From: Promethearchaeota archaeon
GTDB lineage: Archaea > Asgardarchaeota > Lokiarchaeia > Sigyniarchaeales > SOKP01
Reading direction: 5' to 3'
DNA length: 12,289 nt
Assembly (NCBI GenBank): GCA_011364975.1
Contig: RDOE01000091.1
Coordinates: 1-12,289, forward strand
Position numbers and translations under genes: made by a program. This document shows, in pieces, positions 1 to 6,709 of the stretch; position 1 is the stretch's first letter, and each line of letters starts with the position of its first letter. The notes below the pieces were generated by a model. That model was not told the origin of the DNA and ran no database searches. It worked only from the letters and a program-made list of their open reading frames with translations.

Positions 1-365
1 ATAAGAAAATCATTAGAATTGATTACTCCGATACCTTCAGAGAGGATTACTCTCTCATTTTCTTTAAAGATATAATGTACTAAATCCATCGGATGAATAA
101 TCTTTATAATGTTATCCTTGAATAACACCTTAAATTTAGTGATAAACGAAGTATCCTCCTTATCTAAAGATTTAGATGTTGGAATTTCAATAATTTTAAC
201 GATTCTTCCAATTCCTAATGATTGATTTAATCGAAATAATACTAAATTATCTAAATTAAAGTTATGTCCTTGACAATAGAGATTAAAACATTTTGAGAAT
301 CTATATTCTACCGAATTACCACAAAAAGGACATTTATATTTAGATTCGTTAATGGTAATAATCAC
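1..365 (-). CDS. Partial CDS (3' end outside window): N-terminal Zn ribbon followed by Tudor-like segments, probably a RapA/HepA-like SNF2 helicase
   Basis: Not in the ORF track; translated by hand. GTG at 365-363 opens a frame with no stop to the window edge (in-frame TGA upstream at 392-390): MIITINESKYKCPFCGNSVEYRFSKCFNLYCQGHNFNLDNLVLFRLNQSLGIGRIVKII...KFKVLFKDNIIKIIHPMDLVHYIFKENERVILSEGIGVINSNDFL. It has a CxxC-x10-Cx4C Zn ribbon. 'LGIGRIV..VLF..IFKENERV' resembles the RapA N-terminal Tudor region (ELGLGTVV..LLF..MFNPGDTI). Helicase motifs are not visible in the window. Confidence 0.6.
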   Translation of the reverse strand, partial: MIITINESKYKCPFCGNSVEYRFSKCFNLYCQGHNFNLDNLVLFRLNQSLGIGRIVKIIEIPTSKSLDKEDTSFITKFKVLFKDNIIKIIHPMDLVHYIFKENERVILSEGIGVINSNDFL

Positions 366-447
366 ACAGTTTTTATTCTCTCTACTTATTCAATATATTA
401 TGCTCTGAAGTAAAAATTTTTTTATTTTTAGATATAGGGATTTATTT

Positions 448-1311
448 ATGACTGAAGAAAAAGTAGAACCTACCTATGTAGGTGAAAATGATAATTTAGT
501 TTTTATTGTACCTAAAGAATTATTTACAATGAAATTAAGCTCTGAAGAAAAACTTGATCGGAAAATTGCTAATGAATTTAGTAAATACTTGACTGGAACC
601 TTTAAAGGTTTCCAAAAAGCCAATAAAACAAAATATAATAATAAGGATAATTCTAACACTGTGGTTCCTACGGAGGGTTGGGATAAATTTAGAAAATTAG
701 CTGCCGATAAAGGAATTGATCTTATTGGTTTCACTCCCGTCCTCAAAAATTTTATTTTTAAAAACCTACCGGTAGTCGGTAAAAATGCGATTGTGCTTGG
801 TATGCAGATGGATTGGAATAAAATAAAAACTGCACCCAGTATTTTATGCGGAATTGAGGCATTTAGAGTATATTATGAATTAGGAGAGTTAACAATAGAA
901 TTAACAGAATATTTGCAGAACTTAGGTTATAAAGCCGAAGCCCATCATCCTTTTGGAGGTAAATTATTGTTTACAGCACATGCAGTTGCTGCTGGGTTAG
1001 GATATATGGGAAGAAATGGATTAGTGATTACTCCAGAATTTGGACCTCGACAAAGATGGAGTATGATTACCACCGATGCAGAAATTCCAAGGGAACAAAG
1101 AAGAGATTTTACAGATCTAATCGATTTCTGTCAAACTTGTGGTTTATGTATTGAAAATTGCCTTGGTAAAGCCACTTTAGATGAACCTATTGAAAAAATT
1201 GAGGGCTCAGGGATAATTACTCATATTGATCGCCGAAAATGTATTGAAAGTCTTCTAATGAATAATTATTGTTCAAATTGTTTGAAAGTGTGTCCTCAGG
1301 GAAGAAAATGA
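448..1311 (+). CDS. Reductive dehalogenase (RdhA)/epoxyqueuosine reductase (QueG)-family cobalamin and 2x[4Fe-4S] protein, short cytoplasmic form
   Basis: Motifs GIDLIGFT, NAIVLGMQMD, YLQNLGYKA, AVAAGLGYMGRNGLVITPEFGPRQR..ITTD, then FCQTCGLCIENCL and KC-x8-CSNCLKVCP. This is the characteristic RdhA/QueG core. No twin-arginine signal and no adjacent rdhB-like membrane anchor gene. Confidence 0.75.
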   Translation: MTEEKVEPTYVGENDNLVFIVPKELFTMKLSSEEKLDRKIANEFSKYLTGTFKGFQKANKTKYNNKDNSNTVVPTEGWDKFRKLAADKGIDLIGFTPVLKNFIFKNLPVVGKNAIVLGMQMDWNKIKTAPSILCGIEAFRVYYELGELTIELTEYLQNLGYKAEAHHPFGGKLLFTAHAVAAGLGYMGRNGLVITPEFGPRQRWSMITTDAEIPREQRRDFTDLIDFCQTCGLCIENCLGKATLDEPIEKIEGSGIITHIDRRKCIESLLMNNYCSNCLKVCPQGRK

Positions 1312-1377
1312 ACAATATTTAATTACAATAAGAAAGATGAGACACAAAAATTAACTTTTTATAACTTCATGATTAAT

Positions 1378-2769
1378 CTATTTATTCTGAAATGATTTTT
1401 TCAATTTTTTTTTTATGAGAATGATTACTAAAGTAGATAGAATTCCTAAGAGAAGAAACAGATTATACCCGGGAATGTAAGTTGTGCGATCGTGACATTC
1501 ATTATTTTCAAATACATTACCTTCGGAATATACTTCATTAAAGCATTTTTCATTTCCAATAAGGGAATTTCCTATAATCGCATTAATTTTACAATTTATA
1601 AAGTTAATTCCATATTTTTGATTGTGATTTATGTCATTTCCAGAAATAAGGCTATTTTCCAAACCATAGCAATAAAATCCATTGAAATTATTATAACTTA
1701 CATTGTTCTCTAAGAATGAATTATTACTGTTAAGCTCTAAAAAAATACCGTTGAAGTTATTGTAAGAAAAAGAGTTTTCAGAGATAGTGTTATTATCTCC
1801 ACCAAAGATATAGATACCATCCCTACGATTGTTATTTATCGAGTTTCTCTTTACTATGTTATCATGACAATTTATAAATGTTAGTCCCGTATCGCTATAA
1901 GAGAGATTTAAATTTGTAACTAATGAATTACTACAAGAAGCCATTATAATTTGGCCTGCATTAGTAAAATTGTTTGGACCCAAATTCTGCTCGTAAGTGT
2001 AGTAATAGAGCGATTTTCCATTGATTAAATTAGTAATATCAATATTTTGGTAATAATAATTCATAGTGTTAGAGGATGATATTTGTAATCCGCATTCATA
2101 CATTAAATTATTTGATAATGAATTATGGATTCCATCTAATTCTATTCCACTGTTTATAATATTGTTTAAAATTAAATTATTATCACTGTCATATAATGAT
2201 ATTCCATAATCGGAGTTATCTAGTTCAATATTTTTTGATATATTATTCATATTGCTGTAGAATAAATTTATACCATAAAAATCATTGTTAGTTGCGATGT
2301 TGCCAGAAATATTATTATTAGTACTATGACTTAAGGATATACCAGATATTTTGTTTGAAGAGCAATCACTATTTAGTATCCAGGCATTTTTAGTATACGT
2401 TAATCTTATTCCAAAATATGAATTAAAAACACTACAATTCTCAATCTTAAAGAAGACCTCAGAATTTTCAATCAAGATACAGCTCTCTGAATTATCTCCA
2501 TCTATTACCAGATTTTTAATGATATAAGGATTGGAATAAGTACCATCCCCCGTACATATTCCTGCAGCTTTCGTAACAGTCCAATTATTATTAATATGGA
2601 TTGTTCTCGAGAAAATTGAGATTTTTAGATTATTATGATTGATTATATCGTTATGATTTGAAGTTATATCACTACTTTTAACTTTAAACCTTGGGTTATT
2701 GAAATAAATTGGTGAAATTATCGTTAAAATTATTAAAATTAGTGTTGTTGTTGTTTTATTTGATTTCAT
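1378..2769 (-). CDS. Secreted/surface right-handed parallel beta-helix (NosD/CASH-repeat) protein with Loki-CTERM-like C-terminal anchor
   Basis: N-terminal hydrophobic signal (LILIILTIISPIYF), GDGTYSNPYII motif, many Asn-rich 'GI.L..S.NN.I..N' repeats, and C-terminal IPGY + transmembrane helix + Lys-rich tail (IPGYNLFLLLGILSTLVIILIKKKLKK). Confidence 0.85.
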   Translation of the reverse strand: MKSNKTTTTLILIILTIISPIYFNNPRFKVKSSDITSNHNDIINHNNLKISIFSRTIHINNNWTVTKAAGICTGDGTYSNPYIIKNLVIDGDNSESCILIENSEVFFKIENCSVFNSYFGIRLTYTKNAWILNSDCSSNKISGISLSHSTNNNISGNIATNNDFYGINLFYSNMNNISKNIELDNSDYGISLYDSDNNLILNNIINSGIELDGIHNSLSNNLMYECGLQISSSNTMNYYYQNIDITNLINGKSLYYYTYEQNLGPNNFTNAGQIIMASCSNSLVTNLNLSYSDTGLTFINCHDNIVKRNSINNNRRDGIYIFGGDNNTISENSFSYNNFNGIFLELNSNNSFLENNVSYNNFNGFYCYGLENSLISGNDINHNQKYGINFINCKINAIIGNSLIGNEKCFNEVYSEGNVFENNECHDRTTYIPGYNLFLLLGILSTLVIILIKKKLKKSFQNK

Positions 2770-2893
2770 TCTGATTTCATTGAAATTTTATAAAGTATTA
2801 CAGATAAAAATTAAGTTGATTTAATATTTATATATAATTATAATATTTACTATTGCCTTTTATTAGAAATAAATATAGATTTTCTCAAAATAA

Positions 2894-2912
2894 GAGAGAA
2901 AAAAACAAGAAA
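2894..2912 (-). terminator. Possible archaeal oligo-T terminator downstream of the nfn genes
   Basis: Minus strand reads TTTCTTGTTTTTTTCTCTC about 20-35 nt after the TGA stop at 2931-2933. Weak evidence in such AT-rich DNA. Confidence 0.3.
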
Positions 2913-2930
2913 TAGTAATAAATTAGGTAA

Positions 2931-5663
2931 TCAATTTTCTTTAATTGAATATTTTTTTTGTAAATATTCATCGATAGATTTAGCTGCTTTTTTGCCAGCA
3001 CCCATAGCGGAAATAACAGTAGCACTACCCGTTACGATATCCCCTCCTGCAAAAATCTCCTCAATATTAGTCTGACCTTCCTCATTAGTCTCAATATAAC
3101 CCCACTTATTCAACTTCAAGTCTGGAATTGATTTTGTTAAAACTGGGTTTGCTTTAGTACCTACAGCAACTATTACGGTATCAGTATCTATTAGATATTC
3201 TGAATTTTCAATAGTAATTGGACTTCTACGGCCTGATTGGTCAGGTTCTCCTAGTTTCATTTTAACTACCTCCATTTGTTTGACATTTCCAGATTCATCG
3301 CCAACGAATCTTACTGGATTAGTTAAAAATTGAAATTGAACACCCTCTTCTATAGCATGATGATATTCTTCTCTTCTAGCGGGCATCTCCTCCTCGGATC
3401 TCCTATAGACTACAATCACTCGTTCTGCACCTAATCTTAGAGCGGTTCTAGCAGAGTCTAGAGCTACATTGCCTCCTCCTATTACAGTTATGATCTTTCC
3501 TATTTTAATTGGAGTATCATACTCAGGAAACCTATAAGCTTTCATTAAATTAGATCGTGTTAGAAATTCATTAGCTGATAGAACACCATTCAAGTTCAAT
3601 CCTGAAATGTTCAAGAACATGGGTAGACCTGCTCCAACTCCTATAAAGAAAGCTTTAAATCCCATCTCTTTCAAATCTTCGAATGATAACGTTTTTCCGA
3701 TAATGGCATTATAGTTAACTTTTACATCTAACATTTTAAGAGTTTCAATCTCATCTTTAACAATTTCTTTCGGTAACCTGAATTCAGGAATTCCATAAGT
3801 TAATACACCACCTCCTGCATGAAAAGCCTCAAATATAGTAACATCATACCCTCTCATAGCTAATTCTCCTGCACATGCTAATCCAGCAGGTCCGGAGCCA
3901 ATAACTGCTACCTTTATATTCGTAGGAGGAGCACACTCTGGGCACTCTTTTAATTTATTTCTTCTCTCCCAATCAGCAATATACCTCTCTAAATATCCAA
4001 TTGCTATAGGTTCTCCAAGCGAACCTAATAAGCATGAATTTTCACATTGTGTTTCTTGGGGACATACACGTCCGCAAATTGCAGGTAATAAATTACTTGA
4101 TTTTATTTTATAAAGAGCAGCAACATGTTTCTCTTCTCTAAGAAGTTTTATAAATTCAGGAATTCGGATATTCACCGGACAACCAGTCACACATAAAGGT
4201 AAACCACATTGTAAACATCTTTGCACCTCTAATTTCATCATTTCATCGGTTAATCCATAAGGAACTTCTTCAAAATTAGTGATTCTTTCGTTGGGAGGTT
4301 GTTCTACCATCTTTACTCTTCTTTGATCAACATAATTCTTTAATTTAGATAAGGCAATTCTGCTTAACTCCTCAAAGCTTTTACTTTCTTCTTGAATATC
4401 CTTTTTTGTGATTAAATTCATATCTAAGGCTTTTTGAAAAAACTCGGCACCTCTTTTAGTTCGAATAATAACAGTTGACCATCCTGGTTCTGAACCTATA
4501 GATCCTACTGAAATATCTGCATATTCTGCAGTTAAGTCATCACAAAAGAAGCATCCAAATCGGCCGTATTTCTTGATTCTTTTGATAGGAATATTAGAGA
4601 TGTTGCTTTCTTGGTCGTAAATGATGAATTTACCTTTATCTATATTCATTTTTTTAATATCAGATGGATAAACTTGGAATTCATTTTTTAATAATTCTAC
4701 AATTTTATCATAATCAAAAGATTCCATACAAAATAAGCCAATTTTTAGAACAATATTATCATAAAATGGTTTATTAAACGGAAAAAAGGAGATCTTTCTA
4801 AGAGCTTTCATAATACATGGAGTCCCTACTACTGCAATTTTGTCATGATCTCTAGCATCGTGAAATATTTTAAGTACTGGAACATTTGTATACTTGGTTC
4901 CGGCAGTTTTTAAGAGGTCCTCCTCATTTTCTATTAAAATAGGCAAAGGTTTTAACGGTTTATCTCCTATGGTAACCGCGAAAGATCCGTTAATGTAACC
5001 TTGCTTAAAAGCGGTCTTGAGAAGAGTTGTTACGATTCCTCCATCTTGTGCTACTGACTTTATCCTAGGTTCGGTTGTTTGAGCCGTAAAAAGATCACGG
5101 TAACAATTGAATTGTTTCGTAAACTTGATATTAGGATCGTGATTTTCCTCTAATTTTTCTAATTCCTTGGAAAAAAATGATCGTGGACAAGCTGAGAAGC
5201 ATAATCCACAATTTACGCACAAGTCTTCGTTGATTTCAAAGGAACCCTCTGAATAATCAATCGCATTAACGGGGCAAATTGCAACACATAAACCGCACCC
5301 ACAACAAAGGTTTTTTTCTTTAATTAGCTTTGTACTCGGAAATATCCCTTTCTTTTCAGAGTTTTCAATAATTTCTTTGAAAAACCTTGGGTGTTTATCT
5401 ACAAATGCTAATAAGCCTAATTCTTTTAAATATTCGATATTATTAAGAATATTCTCTTCGGGTAATTCTAACTCATTCTGAATTTTTTTAATATCAATTT
5501 GACCATCATTTTTGATTTTTTCTAAAATCCTGAATCTTTCATTTTCTGCTTCCGTTAATGAATTAATTAATTTTTCGAATTCATTTTGATTATATTTGCC
5601 AATCTCTAAGATTTTAGTTTTATGTTCCATTAACAGTTCAATTAAAGGAGATTTAACTTGCAT
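2931..5663 (-). CDS. Fusion protein: wHTH-like domain + 2[4Fe-4S] ferredoxin + FrhB/FpoF-type (F420-binding) flavoprotein + NfnB/NfnL (SudA/GltD-like) NADPH-binding bifurcating subunit
   Basis: Ferredoxin (~5330-5180): CCGCGLCVAICP and CVNCGLCFSACP. FrhB (~5100-4340): AQDGGIVT, TAGTKYT, VGTPC, IGLFCMESF, GCFFC, ADISVGSIG..GWSTVIIRT. NfnL (~4320-2931): ERITNFEEV..RCLQC..CVTGCP, GRVCPQETQCENSC, IGYLERY, GSGPAG, YGIPEFRLP, GGGNVALD..YRR, FAGGDIVTGSATVISAMGAG. Confidence 0.9.
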   Translation of the reverse strand: MQVKSPLIELLMEHKTKILEIGKYNQNEFEKLINSLTEAENERFRILEKIKNDGQIDIKKIQNELELPEENILNNIEYLKELGLLAFVDKHPRFFKEIIENSEKKGIFPSTKLIKEKNLCCGCGLCVAICPVNAIDYSEGSFEINEDLCVNCGLCFSACPRSFFSKELEKLEENHDPNIKFTKQFNCYRDLFTAQTTEPRIKSVAQDGGIVTTLLKTAFKQGYINGSFAVTIGDKPLKPLPILIENEEDLLKTAGTKYTNVPVLKIFHDARDHDKIAVVGTPCIMKALRKISFFPFNKPFYDNIVLKIGLFCMESFDYDKIVELLKNEFQVYPSDIKKMNIDKGKFIIYDQESNISNIPIKRIKKYGRFGCFFCDDLTAEYADISVGSIGSEPGWSTVIIRTKRGAEFFQKALDMNLITKKDIQEESKSFEELSRIALSKLKNYVDQRRVKMVEQPPNERITNFEEVPYGLTDEMMKLEVQRCLQCGLPLCVTGCPVNIRIPEFIKLLREEKHVAALYKIKSSNLLPAICGRVCPQETQCENSCLLGSLGEPIAIGYLERYIADWERRNKLKECPECAPPTNIKVAVIGSGPAGLACAGELAMRGYDVTIFEAFHAGGGVLTYGIPEFRLPKEIVKDEIETLKMLDVKVNYNAIIGKTLSFEDLKEMGFKAFFIGVGAGLPMFLNISGLNLNGVLSANEFLTRSNLMKAYRFPEYDTPIKIGKIITVIGGGNVALDSARTALRLGAERVIVVYRRSEEEMPARREEYHHAIEEGVQFQFLTNPVRFVGDESGNVKQMEVVKMKLGEPDQSGRRSPITIENSEYLIDTDTVIVAVGTKANPVLTKSIPDLKLNKWGYIETNEEGQTNIEEIFAGGDIVTGSATVISAMGAGKKAAKSIDEYLQKKYSIKEN

Positions 5664-5664
5664 T

Positions 5665-6549
5665 TTAAGAGACCTCCTCTTGAAATTTATTCATTGCTTT
5701 ACATTCGTGATCATATTGCTTAAGCGATTGCTTTTCTTGTTCAATAAATCTTATTGAGCGGGTTAATAAATTATCGAAATCAACCATATGAGCGTCCACA
5801 TCTGGTCCATCTACACAGGCATAATATATATCTCCATCAATTGTGGAAAAACGACATCCTCCACACATACCTGTTCCATCAATCATTATAGTATTTAGCG
5901 AGGCATAAGTTTTTACCTTAGGTAAATCTCCAGAACCGTCAGTTGTGAGAGCTACATATTTCATCATTATTAATGGCCCAATTGCAATTACAATGCTTAT
6001 TTTCTGCTTGATTATTAACTCCTTTAATGGAGCTGTTACCACTCCTTTAATACCTTCAGTTCCATCGTCAGTACAAATTATCAATTCGTCACTTACACTT
6101 CTCATTTTCTCACGCCAAAATAACAAATCGGTATTTCTAGCTCCGATGATCGTGATGACTGTATTTCCTGCTTCTTTTAACTCTTTGGCTTGAGGATAAC
6201 AAGGAGCGAGCCCAACCCCACCCCCAATTATAATAACAGGATATTCATACTTTTGAATGTGTATTTTGTTTCCTAAAGGTCCCACAACATCAAGAATCTC
6301 ATCACCAACATTTTGATGTGAGAGTAATTTTGTGCTTTTACCAACAACTTGATAGACTATTGTTATGGTTCCTTTATCCCTATCATAATCAGCAATGGTT
6401 AATGGAAATCTTTCTCCAGTTTCATTTATACGTAGGAGTATAAAATTACCAGCATATGCTTTTTGAGCAATTAATGGTGTATCGAGAACCATCTCAAATA
6501 ATACACCACTTTTCCCTAATTCCCTCTTTTCTAAAATTTTATATGGCAT
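5665..6549 (-). CDS. nfnA: NADH-dependent reduced ferredoxin:NADP+ oxidoreductase small subunit (NfnA/NfnS, SudB/PyrK-like; FAD, [2Fe-2S])
   Basis: GERFPLTIAD, VVGKST, VVGPLG, IGGGVG, TDDGT.G.KG.VT, IGPLIMM, and SLNTIMIDGTGMCGGCR...CVDGP (Asp/Cys3 [2Fe-2S] motif). It lies directly upstream of an NfnL-containing gene. Confidence 0.9.
   Translation of the reverse strand: MPYKILEKRELGKSGVLFEMVLDTPLIAQKAYAGNFILLRINETGERFPLTIADYDRDKGTITIVYQVVGKSTKLLSHQNVGDEILDVVGPLGNKIHIQKYEYPVIIIGGGVGLAPCYPQAKELKEAGNTVITIIGARNTDLLFWREKMRSVSDELIICTDDGTEGIKGVVTAPLKELIIKQKISIVIAIGPLIMMKYVALTTDGSGDLPKVKTYASLNTIMIDGTGMCGGCRFSTIDGDIYYACVDGPDVDAHMVDFDNLLTRSIRFIEQEKQSLKQYDHECKAMNKFQEEVS
5672..5677 (-). promoter_or_regulatory. 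Shine-Dalgarno site (GGAGGT) of the FrhB-NfnL fusion gene, embedded in the nfnA 3' end
   Basis: Minus strand reads GAGGAGGTCTCTTAAAATG. GGAGGT lies 8 nt before the ATG at 5663, and the nfnA stop is 1 nt from this ATG, which suggests translational coupling. Confidence 0.7.
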
Positions 6550-6709
6550 GGTTAATCAATAACTTTTCAATAACAAAATTTAAATTGATTATCTTTAAGC
6601 GATCTAAATTAATCAATTATTTTTAAATTGATGATTATGAAAATGTAAAGCGGATTTAGTTGGTAATAATTTTTATTACTGTAATGCTTAAATAAATAAA
6701 TTATAAAAA

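Noticed and set aside
474-746. 90-aa minus-strand ORF
   Set aside because: Antisense shadow of the RdhA-like gene with no recognisable motifs.
1309-1311. Selenocysteine read-through at TGA stops (here and at 2931-2933) and SECIS-like hairpins at 6640-6690
   Set aside because: Both TGAs follow complete domains at non-Cys positions, all Fe-S motifs already have Cys, and the hairpin lacks an AUGA/GA core.
1492-1713. 73-aa plus-strand ORF
   Set aside because: Antisense to the beta-helix gene; Ile/Phe-rich artefact of AT-rich DNA.
1500-2420. Periodic Asn-rich DNA pattern as a CRISPR array or tandem repeat
   Set aside because: These are degenerate protein-level beta-helix repeats with no identical nucleotide repeats or spacers.
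3420-3480. DNA similarity to 8190-8250 (shared GCACCTAATCTTA) as a recent duplication or repeat
   Set aside because: Explained by the conserved GGGNVA.DSARTALRLGA peptide. Synonymous sites differ and the two modules have different permutation, so they are old paralogues.
2931-4320. Annotation as glutamate synthase small subunit (gltD)
   Set aside because: No gltB or glutamate synthase domains in the window, and the gene is coupled to an nfnA homologue, which indicates NfnL/SudA.
5945-6193. 82-aa plus-strand ORF
   Set aside because: Antisense shadow within nfnA.
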